64,000 bases of DNA from a virus. Its lineage: Duplodnaviria; Heunggongvirae; Uroviricota; Caudoviricetes. The notes beneath the pieces are model-generated. The model was not told where the DNA came from. It worked only from the letters and a program-made list of their open reading frames with translations, and made no database searches. Where the stretch lies: the IMG/VR virus record IMGVR_UViG_3300028833_000081, positions 7,731 to 71,730 of that record. One strand, written 5' to 3'. Shown in pieces: positions 8,654 to 18,315 of the stretch (the stretch's first letter is position 1; the number at the start of each line of letters is the position of its first letter). Both the position numbers and the translations under genes were made by a program.

Positions 8654-9352
8654 TTACTTATCTCCTAATCTAGTGGCTCTTGCTACTATCTGTTGAATAG
8701 TTTTAGCGATAAGCTTAGCCTTATCTTCCATAGCCTTATATTCACGTTCGGTATCACCAACTTCTTTCTTTCTGAAGTCTTCAGCAATAATAAAATCGAT
8801 CTGATCGAGGGTAGTTGTAATCTCGCTATCCATTCTGGACAAAAGATTTCTAGATTCAGCAATATGGATCTTCTTATTAGATTCCTCGATAGTATCATGC
8901 AAGTGATTCAGAATTTCCTTGAGTCTTCTGTACTGTCTAAAGACTACAAGTTTCTTTTCGATATCACCGGAATCTTCACCCGGAAGAGGTTCAACATCTT
9001 CTTCAGGTTCGCCATAGCCACCGCCAGCGTTTCCACCGCCGCCACTGAAGTCATCCATACCTCCCATGCCGCCCATGCCACCACCAATGTCGTCCATACC
9101 GCCCATATCATCCATGCCACCCATTCCGGCATCGACTTTCATGTCAATCTTAGTTTTGGTTTGTGTTTGGGTCTGAGCAGCACCAGCATCAGGAGCAGCT
9201 GCGGGTGCGCCACCAGCAGGAGCATCACCTTCGGCATAAAGCACGGTATCCAGATCATCTTCGTATTCTTTACCGCTGAAGATTATAGTTTCTTGCGCAC
9301 TATAATCTTGATTTAAAATCTGGTCAATTTCATCTTCGATTTCGAACTTCAT
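8654..9352 (-). CDS. Hypothetical protein with acidic and GGM-rich N-terminal half and helical C-terminus
   Basis: ORF composition. Confidence 0.75.
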   Translation of the reverse strand: MKFEIEDEIDQILNQDYSAQETIIFSGKEYEDDLDTVLYAEGDAPAGGAPAAAPDAGAAQTQTQTKTKIDMKVDAGMGGMDDMGGMDDIGGGMGGMGGMDDFSGGGGNAGGGYGEPEEDVEPLPGEDSGDIEKKLVVFRQYRRLKEILNHLHDTIEESNKKIHIAESRNLLSRMDSEITTTLDQIDFIIAEDFRKKEVGDTEREYKAMEDKAKLIAKTIQQIVARATRLGDK

Positions 9353-9456
9353 ATTTTTGAGCTCCTTTCATTGAAAAGTTAAGGTGAAAAATAAAGCGAA
9401 AAAATCTAACTTATTAGTGAAAAGGATTTTGATTCCACAGATGGTTCAATATTCTT

Positions 9457-9468
9457 AACATATAAAAT
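9457..9468 (+). promoter_or_regulatory. Putative phage promoter AACATATAAAAT
   Basis: TAACATATAAAAT is identical at 9456-9468 and 49086-49098, each just before a + strand unit. Confidence 0.45.
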
Positions 9469-9512
9469 GAAAGAGATCACAATGTTGTGGCTCTAACCAA
9501 AGGATTAATATC

Positions 9513-9797
9513 ATGGCTCTTATCACTTCTTCTAACATTGCCAAGGCTGTTGCTGAAGCCAAGAAGATCACCATCGCTCAGGCTGAAGACATCGTCAAGG
9601 CCGTGATCGACGAAACCACGAAGGCTCTCGTTGCTGGTTCCGAAGTCCGTATCAACGGTCTCGGCACCCTCAAGACCTCCACTCGTCCGGAACATCAGGG
9701 TGTCAACCCGAAGACTGGTGCAAAGCTGACTGTCAAGGCTATGAAGGTGGCTACGTTCACCTCTGCTAAGGCTCTCAAGACGGCTCTTAACCCCTAA
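9513..9797 (+). CDS. hup: HU/IHF-family histone-like DNA-binding protein
   Basis: VRINGLGTL..RPEHQGVNPKTGAKLTVKA..F motif; AAGGA RBS; own terminator at about 9816-9848. Confidence 0.93.
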   Translation: MALITSSNIAKAVAEAKKITIAQAEDIVKAVIDETTKALVAGSEVRINGLGTLKTSTRPEHQGVNPKTGAKLTVKAMKVATFTSAKALKTALNP

Positions 9798-9890
9798 GAG
9801 GAACCAAAAGCTTAAATAAGGCTATCTTCGGATAGCCTTATTATTTTTTATAAAAATTCCATAGCCTTTGTAGCTATGGAATTTTTAATC

Positions 9891-12800
9891 TTAGAATGCC
9901 GGAGTGAAGAACGGCTCACCCATCGAGAAGAAATTAGCTCTATACAACTGCTCGTCAGGGAACAATGCACTGTTTCCAGACAGAGTATCATTGAGCTGAG
10001 AGATTCCTTCAGCAACAACAGGGTCAAATGATACCTGCGGAGCCGGAGCGTTGCTACTACTTCTTGGGGCAGGAGCACTAGACGAGCTACTCGTAGGAGC
10101 AGCAGAAGTACTAGTACCACTACCGCCAGCAGCTGCACTCGGAGTAGAAGCAGATGTTGTAGGAGATGCTTCATTAGCGCTCGACATATTGAATTGCTGT
10201 GAAGCTTCGACCTGTTGGAACAACGATCCTTCAGGTGCAATATGTCTAGGCACTACTGTAATCGGGCCATGACCAGTGTTGACAAACGTAGTATCATCAA
10301 CTTCCTTGCCATAGGGTTCGAGCTCACGGTTAATTTCGTTCTTAACTCTAGCCCACTCGCCCTTGACAGTATTATAACGCTTCTTAGAAGGTGCCATAGC
10401 AGCTGGCATACCCTTAAGTTCTACGTGCCATCCTTCATCCCAGCCATCATGCGGAGATCCCTGCTTTTTCGCTTTATTCGTTGCCTTAGCAGCACCACGA
10501 TAAAGACCATACTTTGCAGCAATAGATCCCGGAGCAGGATTTCTAGATTTCAGCTTTCCGGCACTTCCACCGAAGAGCAGGTTAGCCTGTGCAGTATCCA
10601 AGTCAACAGCTCCACCATATTCATGGTTAGAACCACCAGGCACTGCGGCAAGGTTGTACTTTTCATATCCCGGAACTCCAGCTTCCTGCAAGAACCATCC
10701 CTTAAACAAGTCTGCTTGTTTAGCATGGTCTCTTCTGCCAGAGGAAATATACAGTTTTTTCTTGTATTTCTCGTGGAATTCCTTTGCAGCTAAGATAAGG
10801 CTCTTTCTCAAGTCAGGTTTAATACCTTCCAACGAGGAAGTATTTCCGGTCATGTGCTCTTGAATAAGTTTCTTTTCATCCTCATTCAGAGCCGTTTCCA
10901 TGCCGTTATACTGTCCAAGCGGGTCAGCATCAAGAGAATCAAGGTTATCGTGGATACGATTAGCCCATCCATTATAGAACCTAGCCTTGTCAGAACTCTG
11001 TCCATATCTGGCTTGAAGCTTAGCAATAGTATCCTCCTTTGTCGGGTTAAAGCCCTTCTGCTTTGCACTAATTTGCATAGCAGTAATATCGGAAATACCC
11101 TTGCCAGTCCAAGCAGCATCAATCAGGGATGCCTTTTCAGTATTGGTGAGTTTTTCGTATTCAAGTCCAGCTTCCTTAGCGGATTTCTTAGCAGTTGCTT
11201 CGTAGCTCTGCACCTTGTCTTGCAACAATTTCAAAGCTATTTCAGCCTGAACTTCCTTGCTAGTATCACCATCCTTGTTACAAAGGAGTGCACCGTTATA
11301 CTCGCCCTTACGGAATCTTTCGAAGTCAGCCTTGGTGCAGATTCTAACGATGTTTCCATCTTTAGTCTTTAGATAGAAATCAGTAATGCCTTCCTTCATC
11401 GCAGCTGCGGTAATACCGTAACCAACAGTAGGAACGTCATTCTTATTCTGATAGACTTTGAATCCGGCAGCCCCTTCATGCTTCTTAATCTTTTCAGCAG
11501 CGATTTCATAAGGACTTCTAGTCTCAGCTTCGGCAGCAGCCTGTTGTGCAGCTTCAGCTACAGGAGATTTATTTTCTCTCTCAATAGCCTCTGCAATAGA
11601 TTGAGCAGTCTGTGCGCCAGCTTGCTGTTGGGCTTGCATTTCCTTAATGACAGCCATTCTAGCTTCATATTGATACTTTGCAAGATGGTTTGCAACATCT
11701 TTCTTGTCTTTAGTGATTTCTTCGAACTTCTTTTCTACTCTAAGGTTGAACTCTGCTCTTTCCTCAGGAGTCATCTTGCCAGTATCTACCTCGAAGATCG
11801 AGCCAGTTGCAGGGGTAGATTTACTCTTCTTAGCAGTTTCTTCAAGAAGTTTTTCGGTAGCATCGGCAGTTGAAGCAGCCTTCTTTTCTGTCTTCTTTAC
11901 ACTGTTGGGATCGTCTGCTCCGCCAGTGAAGAAGTCTTTAGCATTCAGAATGAAGTCGGCGATATGCTCGGCGACCCAAGAGAATGCTCTAGTCTTATCG
12001 TCAATAAAGTTAAAGATGGTATCAGACATTCCCGGAAGACCCATAACCATCATCAACACTTCCACGATGATACTTATGACAGTACCAATGGGAGGGAAGA
12101 CTAGGCTAATGGCACCAAACAGAGCGATATCGATAAGCATCTTAAAGAATTCTTTGACGAAATCGATAATCTTCTGTCTAGAGACTTCACGCTTCTGCGC
12201 ATCATTCATTCCACTTGTATCTGTGCTATCACCCATAAGGGTCATGAAAGTGGCAAACGAAGCTGCCATTGTGATAGCCTTACCAACCTTGGGAAGTTTG
12301 GCAACAAGCTTATTCTTGCTGATCTTCTCGAAGAACTTAACAAGAGTCTTCTTATTCTTGAATATCTTGGAAATAAGAGGCTTCACAAGATTCTTGAGGA
12401 TAGTCAAGATACCACCAATGGGGTTAAACAAGAATCCAAAGATAGACACACCTGCAAACAAGCTCTTCACAGACTTGATTTTAGAGAGCAAGCCAGCCTT
12501 GGTCATGCCCGTACCTGCAGCCTTTGCAGCATCCTTGGCAACGGCAGTTACACCACTCTTTGCTTCCTTCATCAGCTTTTCTGTGTTAGCAAGCTTATTC
12601 TTCAATTCTGCAATCTTCTTAGAATTCTTAGCAGTCTTTTTCATCTTGTTAAGCTTACTAAGGCTCTTCTCGATGGCTGTCTTTTCGCTCTTCAAAGCTG
12701 CGAGAGACTTTCCAGTAGCAGCTGCCGCTTCAGCGCCCTTAGCTGCCTTTGCCACATCACTTGCAGCATCAGCCGCCTTAGCAGCTTTAGCAGCAGCCCT

Positions 12801-15800
12801 GCCTTCCTTAGTGAATCTTTGCAAGAAGTTACCAATAGCTCTGGTACGCTTATTCTTCTGGAGTACCTTGGACAATCCAGCTACGCCTACACCAGTACCA
12901 CCAAGACTTATGATGGTAGACAAAGCATCGGTGGAATCTTCGGTATTTTCCTGCTGCTGCTTCATTGCTGCTTTATGTCTCTTCTCGTCAGCTGCTTGCT
13001 TAGATACATGCTCCATATTGAGGAATGAAAGAAGCTGATCAAACTTACCGGACATGATAGCAAGGATCTTGTCGCCAGTAGTGGAGTTAGGATCCTTCAT
13101 CACAGCCTTGATAAGTTCCTGACCTTTAAGAAGGCTAGGATCACCAGAGAACTGAATAAAAAATCTCTTAATACCAGCCCAAGGAAGCTTTGCAACAAAT
13201 CCGGCAGCAGACTTGAATTTCCTAATGGCAGCCATGGTAAGAGTACCCATTTTGCCAGCAACAGTCGTAATAGCAGAACCAATCTTTCCACCAATACCAG
13301 ACTTAGCAAGCTTGTAAGCACCATAGCCTAATGCACTAGCACCTAGACCGATTCCAAGACCGTTAATACCAAGACCAGAAAGTGCATCCATACCAGGTAT
13401 CAACACATGCTTGCCAAGCATGTATCCACCAAGACCTGCACCTGCCAAGGCACCAGCCTTAAGTCCGACCTTACCGATCTTCTTAGCAAGCATCGGAGTA
13501 CCTATGAGACCACCAATACCTGCACCGAGAGCAGTTCCTAAGCCGCCCATTCCAACCATGCTACCAAGAGTATGACCGATGAATCCGCCAGCTCCAAGAC
13601 CGATACCCATCTTAGCAACGTTCTTATAGAACTCAGTTCTGACCTTTTTATAGTCCATCTTGCCATTTTCATCTTTGTATGCCTTCATAGGCGTACCAAA
13701 GAAGAAGGTGTTCATCGGGCCAGCGATACCAGCTGTAAATGCACCTTGCAAGACATGAAGCAGACCACCCTCATACTTGTCGCCATGACGCTTACCAACA
13801 AGGAATCTGTCGAGAAGCGAACCACGTCTACCGAGGACTCTACCTGCCACAGAGCCAACGAGAGCACCTTCGACACCACCCATTGCCAGACCAGCAAGAC
13901 CCATAGTAGCCATTACGCCTCTAGTGGACTTGTTGTCACCAATGATGAACTTTACAGGATCGTTCATGAAGGACAATCCATGCTTTTCGAATGCGTCTCC
14001 GGCTTTCTTACCAAAGAAACCACCAATGATTCCCTTGATAGTAGTACCAACAGCACCAAGTTCTTCGTACTTGCCAGACTTTTCGTCTCTAGCACCAAAG
14101 AGGAACTTTCTAAGTTTTGTATTCTGAGCTACAGCTCCACCTGCACCACCCATGAGAGCACCCAGAATAGGTGATCCCATAAACAATGCGCCAGCAACAG
14201 CACCAGTACCACCGCCAGCAACAGCGCCCTTCATATTTTGTTCAATGAAGTATCTGTAGCGTTCCTTTTGATCAGGACTATCGCCAAACAGTGCGCTCTT
14301 TAAGCCTTCTTTATTAGCAAGAAAGTCATTCTTGATATCGTGAGCAGCAAGTTCAAGGTCATGACCCTTATCAATACCCTTCTGAAGAAGTCTCTTAAAC
14401 GGATTCCAAGATTTTCTTCTCTTAGCTGCAACATGAGCTTCTTTAGCTTCCATCTGGTCAGACATGATATCTTCCATGTCTTCCAGAGTTTTACCAGTGA
14501 TTTTCTCAATGTCGATATATCTATTAAGATGATTAGCGTAGACACCATTCTTCTTAAGGAACTCTGGATCAGCCTGTACAAGCTGCTTAAGAGCCCATAT
14601 ATAGACTGTCTTATCGAGTTCATCAATATTTCCGAGTCTAACCTGCCTACCTACATAGCTGTAGATAAGACCCATCTGAGGAACTTTACCGTCCTTTAGA
14701 GACTTACCAGTAAGATAGCTTTGCTTAAAATTGGTATAGACAGGCTGTCTTTCAAGCTTATTTTCATCCCAATCGGAGAATAAGCTAATAGGCTTATCCA
14801 TATTATTGGGATCGATAATGTTAAAGATTTCACTAGGCTTAAGAGTAGCAATTCTTCTAAGATAGTTAGTAGCTTCTCTAGCTCTAGCCTTAGAAATATT
14901 ACCAAGCTCTACCTGTCTCTTTACATATCTATGAATAACGGCAATTGCGCTGTCCTTGTCAGGTCTAAACTTTTTGAAGGTATAATCCTTGTCATACCAG
15001 TCAGTATCGTCATCAACCTCACCACCTTCATCATAACCTCTAAGTCTAAGGGATTCAAGTTGGTTAACGAGGTTAGAACCCTTGCTAGTCTTCATCACAT
15101 CGCTAGGAACAACATACTCGCCTTTATGAACAATACCTGCAGGCTGATACTTAGCTCCGGGGCCAGTGTAACCACCAGATGCAAGACTCAAGAATGCGTC
15201 ATTTCCAGTAACAGACGGTTCAGCAGCTGCGGCAGCACTTACTTCAGGATGAAGAGGAGTATACTGGCGTTCCGCCATGCCTTTTCTTGCACGTTTAGAC
15301 TTTATCGTCCTATAATTGGTAAGATCAGCCTCTGTATTCGTGAAGATCTTTGACTCATTACGTCCATCGAGCTGTGCAGCAAGGTCTCTCTGCCCTCTTG
15401 TCAGGGTTCTTCCAGCATTTGCGATACCTCTTCTGGTATGAGCCATGACTATGCTAGCCATATCACCGAGAGATCTTTTTCTCTTAGTACCTCTGTTATG
15501 GACAGCAGCACCCTGATTACCGAAGACAGTGAAGAATTCCTCGATTAAGCTAATGCAATAACGGAAGAATTCTCGCTTATCTATACCATAGGAATTAAAG
15601 ACTTTTCCAACAGTGTATCTGGCTCTTGCAGGAAGAGACTGTAAGAGTTCCGTATATGCTACGTTTGCGGCGGCAACGTTATGTCTAGAGTCCTTATGTT
15701 CTTTTCCTCTAAGGATTAAACCGACTTTGCCATTCCAGTTATTGATGATGATATACATCAACTCACGAATTTCTTGCGGCTTAGTAGAGAAAAATTCAGT

Positions 15801-18200
15801 TCCCTGCATCTCAGAGATATGATGAATAAGGTCTGCCTTAGTATAGGTACCGTTATCAATCTGTATCTTGAGATTCTTTCTTAATCTGATAATTTCCTTT
15901 TTCCAGCGTTCCTGCCATGGCTTATCATCGCCATGTCCCTTAGGGATCTTTTTCGGATCGCCGTAAACAATATCTTGAGCTTTCTCTGCCCATTTAGCGT
16001 CATCCATTTCGAGAATGGCTTTAACGCTGTAGTTAACAGTATAAGAGTCTCCCTTTGCCGCTTCAAAGCCAGTAGTCACGCCCTTAGCTACTTGGTCATA
16101 TGCAGCATCACCGACTCTACCAACAGTATCCCAGAAAGTCTGTCCTGTAGCACGCATGGCTCTATCAATGACTTCTGGATCATCCATGTCCTCGCCAGTA
16201 AACTGGTTATCTACAACAACACCTTTAAGGTTCTTGCTGTTTTTCATGATATAGTCAATAGAGTGCTCGGGAGCTTCTTTCAACGATTCAACATGGTACC
16301 CAGACATGGTACCATTCTGATATTTGTTGAGAGACTTATTGAGCTTTGCAACTTCAGGCTTATGATTACTGTCTGCCCAATACTTCTTCATTTCGGCAGC
16401 ATAATCTTTCTTAGTAAGAGACTTGGAGTCTCTAAGCTTCTTGAGCTTAGCCTTAAGGTCTTCTACGCTGATCTTTGCAGCTTTTAGTTCCGCTCTGTGT
16501 TCTTCAATGAATCTTTCAGCTTCATTATAGTCAGAACCAATCTTACGTCCAGCAATGAACTTGTCATTCGTCTGTGCATTCTGTAAGAACTGAATTTCGT
16601 CAGCAGTACGAATCTTTGCACTGTTTCTGTTGGCAGTGTTAACTTCCATTCTAAGAGAAGCTGCGAGCGATGCGAAGCTATCCCCACCAGAAACACTCTT
16701 TCCAGCAACGATAGATGCTGCAACTAGATATTCGTCGCCATGAGCTGTGCCTATGGTGAAATTAAATCCCTTGTTAACAGCATCAATGATGTATCTAGCC
16801 ATCTCATAAGTCATCTCCTTCTTTCTCAAAGGAGTAGCCTCTTGGTATGTCTTGTATGTTGACAAGACACCTTCGGCAATATGAACAACGCTAGATACGC
16901 CCACAAATTCGCTACTTTCAATCTTGAGCTTTTCTTCAAGCTTGTTAACGAATTTGCCAGTGGCGTAGTTAAACTGTCTTCTGTTTTCATTCTTAAGAAG
17001 CTCACCCATAGACTTACCAGTCTTTCTGGTAACGTCTGCACCGATGAGTTCCTTAATATCAGTCAACAATTCCGGAATCACGACAGTAAGAGCTTTCTTA
17101 CTTTCACCATCCCAGTCAATCTTTCCTCGTTTATAATCGGCAGAATTTACAGACTGAAGTGTTCTGGAAGATCTCTTTCCGAAAAATTTCAAAAGATCAC
17201 TTATCTTTCCACTACCACTCACGTTAGCCATGCTATTGAGAGTGATTTCCAGAAGGCCGGAAAGATTCTCATCCATCTTCTTAAGGAATTGGACAAGAGG
17301 AAGCTTTCCAAGAAGCTGACCACCAGCAAACTTCATCAAGCCACCGGGGTTAGCCATCATCTTGGCTAGATCCTTATATTCGTCAACGGCGCTAAGGATC
17401 GGGTTATTCTCAGCAAATCTCTTATCAAGCTCCTTGGCATAAGCTCTGACATTAAACTTACCATCTTCAAAAATACCTTCGATCTTGCTAGCATCCCAAT
17501 CCGTATTTTCTGCGGCTTGCATTTCAGCAGAACTCTTTGCAAGCTGTTTAATTTCTCCGAGAAGTTCGAGAGAGGAAGCATAGTATTTGGACTGAGCTTC
17601 AGCCATAGAAGCAAGTCTCTTGTCAAGTGCGGCAAGAGAACTGAAGTTCAGTTCAGCAGACTTAGCAATGGCGTTCGTAGTCTGAGCAGCGCCACTAGCA
17701 ACGCTACCCGCAATAAAGCCCGCATTATCCCTGTTGGATTTTGCGATATCAGTTACAACTTCTTCAGCAACAGATTCGACGACACCACCAAGCTTGTCAT
17801 AGTCAATGTTCGAATCATCGTCACTGCCAACGTCGTCAAGATCGCTCTTTCCGCCTTTGCCGTCATCAAAGCCTTCAAAGCCTTTAAGAGCATCATTAAA
17901 TTCTTCATTAGCCTCTTCGTCTTCAAACAAATTGTCAAAACCAGAGGCGTTCCTATCATAGAGCTTACCAGTCTTAAGCTGTTTGCCCCAGTCAGTAAAG
18001 CTTTTAGCAGAAGTCTTGAAAACATCTTTCATGTCACCGAAAGCTTTTCCGGTGGCAGTTTCGCTAACATTAAGGTCTCTAACGCCTTCCTTGATGTCCT
18101 TGGCTACGGTCGATAGGTTAGGGAATACGTTTTCCTTAACGGTATCTACAGCCAAGTCTTTGAAGCTGTTAACTAGGTTCTTTAAAACGCCAAGTTTCAT
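9891..18200 (-). CDS. Tape-measure-like tail protein with C-terminal lysozyme-like and M15 peptidase domains (2,769 aa)
   Basis: ASGGYTG..AGIVHKGEYVV motif, Gly-rich hydrophobic repeats, KKHEG..DVPTVGYG (GH24-like), ISSGRR..SNHEYGGAVD..GWHVE (M15); AGAGG RBS before 18200. Confidence 0.85.
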   Translation of the reverse strand: MKLGVLKNLVNSFKDLAVDTVKENVFPNLSTVAKDIKEGVRDLNVSETATGKAFGDMKDVFKTSAKSFTDWGKQLKTGKLYDRNASGFDNLFEDEEANEEFNDALKGFEGFDDGKGGKSDLDDVGSDDDSNIDYDKLGGVVESVAEEVVTDIAKSNRDNAGFIAGSVASGAAQTTNAIAKSAELNFSSLAALDKRLASMAEAQSKYYASSLELLGEIKQLAKSSAEMQAAENTDWDASKIEGIFEDGKFNVRAYAKELDKRFAENNPILSAVDEYKDLAKMMANPGGLMKFAGGQLLGKLPLVQFLKKMDENLSGLLEITLNSMANVSGSGKISDLLKFFGKRSSRTLQSVNSADYKRGKIDWDGESKKALTVVIPELLTDIKELIGADVTRKTGKSMGELLKNENRRQFNYATGKFVNKLEEKLKIESSEFVGVSSVVHIAEGVLSTYKTYQEATPLRKKEMTYEMARYIIDAVNKGFNFTIGTAHGDEYLVAASIVAGKSVSGGDSFASLAASLRMEVNTANRNSAKIRTADEIQFLQNAQTNDKFIAGRKIGSDYNEAERFIEEHRAELKAAKISVEDLKAKLKKLRDSKSLTKKDYAAEMKKYWADSNHKPEVAKLNKSLNKYQNGTMSGYHVESLKEAPEHSIDYIMKNSKNLKGVVVDNQFTGEDMDDPEVIDRAMRATGQTFWDTVGRVGDAAYDQVAKGVTTGFEAAKGDSYTVNYSVKAILEMDDAKWAEKAQDIVYGDPKKIPKGHGDDKPWQERWKKEIIRLRKNLKIQIDNGTYTKADLIHHISEMQGTEFFSTKPQEIRELMYIIINNWNGKVGLILRGKEHKDSRHNVAAANVAYTELLQSLPARARYTVGKVFNSYGIDKREFFRYCISLIEEFFTVFGNQGAAVHNRGTKRKRSLGDMASIVMAHTRRGIANAGRTLTRGQRDLAAQLDGRNESKIFTNTEADLTNYRTIKSKRARKGMAERQYTPLHPEVSAAAAAEPSVTGNDAFLSLASGGYTGPGAKYQPAGIVHKGEYVVPSDVMKTSKGSNLVNQLESLRLRGYDEGGEVDDDTDWYDKDYTFKKFRPDKDSAIAVIHRYVKRQVELGNISKARAREATNYLRRIATLKPSEIFNIIDPNNMDKPISLFSDWDENKLERQPVYTNFKQSYLTGKSLKDGKVPQMGLIYSYVGRQVRLGNIDELDKTVYIWALKQLVQADPEFLKKNGVYANHLNRYIDIEKITGKTLEDMEDIMSDQMEAKEAHVAAKRRKSWNPFKRLLQKGIDKGHDLELAAHDIKNDFLANKEGLKSALFGDSPDQKERYRYFIEQNMKGAVAGGGTGAVAGALFMGSPILGALMGGAGGAVAQNTKLRKFLFGARDEKSGKYEELGAVGTTIKGIIGGFFGKKAGDAFEKHGLSFMNDPVKFIIGDNKSTRGVMATMGLAGLAMGGVEGALVGSVAGRVLGRRGSLLDRFLVGKRHGDKYEGGLLHVLQGAFTAGIAGPMNTFFFGTPMKAYKDENGKMDYKKVRTEFYKNVAKMGIGLGAGGFIGHTLGSMVGMGGLGTALGAGIGGLIGTPMLAKKIGKVGLKAGALAGAGLGGYMLGKHVLIPGMDALSGLGINGLGIGLGASALGYGAYKLAKSGIGGKIGSAITTVAGKMGTLTMAAIRKFKSAAGFVAKLPWAGIKRFFIQFSGDPSLLKGQELIKAVMKDPNSTTGDKILAIMSGKFDQLLSFLNMEHVSKQAADEKRHKAAMKQQQENTEDSTDALSTIISLGGTGVGVAGLSKVLQKNKRTRAIGNFLQRFTKEGRAAAKAAKAADAASDVAKAAKGAEAAAATGKSLAALKSEKTAIEKSLSKLNKMKKTAKNSKKIAELKNKLANTEKLMKEAKSGVTAVAKDAAKAAGTGMTKAGLLSKIKSVKSLFAGVSIFGFLFNPIGGILTILKNLVKPLISKIFKNKKTLVKFFEKISKNKLVAKLPKVGKAITMAASFATFMTLMGDSTDTSGMNDAQKREVSRQKIIDFVKEFFKMLIDIALFGAISLVFPPIGTVISIIVEVLMMVMGLPGMSDTIFNFIDDKTRAFSWVAEHIADFILNAKDFFTGGADDPNSVKKTEKKAASTADATEKLLEETAKKSKSTPATGSIFEVDTGKMTPEERAEFNLRVEKKFEEITKDKKDVANHLAKYQYEARMAVIKEMQAQQQAGAQTAQSIAEAIERENKSPVAEAAQQAAAEAETRSPYEIAAEKIKKHEGAAGFKVYQNKNDVPTVGYGITAAAMKEGITDFYLKTKDGNIVRICTKADFERFRKGEYNGALLCNKDGDTSKEVQAEIALKLLQDKVQSYEATAKKSAKEAGLEYEKLTNTEKASLIDAAWTGKGISDITAMQISAKQKGFNPTKEDTIAKLQARYGQSSDKARFYNGWANRIHDNLDSLDADPLGQYNGMETALNEDEKKLIQEHMTGNTSSLEGIKPDLRKSLILAAKEFHEKYKKKLYISSGRRDHAKQADLFKGWFLQEAGVPGYEKYNLAAVPGGSNHEYGGAVDLDTAQANLLFGGSAGKLKSRNPAPGSIAAKYGLYRGAAKATNKAKKQGSPHDGWDEGWHVELKGMPAAMAPSKKRYNTVKGEWARVKNEINRELEPYGKEVDDTTFVNTGHGPITVVPRHIAPEGSLFQQVEASQQFNMSSANEASPTTSASTPSAAAGGSGTSTSAAPTSSSSSAPAPRSSSNAPAPQVSFDPVVAEGISQLNDTLSGNSALFPDEQLYRANFFSMGEPFFTPAF

Positions 18201-18315
18201 ATGAGTCCTCTCATAAATTCCATTATCAAGTTCCACTTTTTAAAATTTTATTTTTTTTTTATTAATAATAAAGAAAAAAAAATATGAGGAACTCTATGAT
18301 GAAAGGAATACTCTT

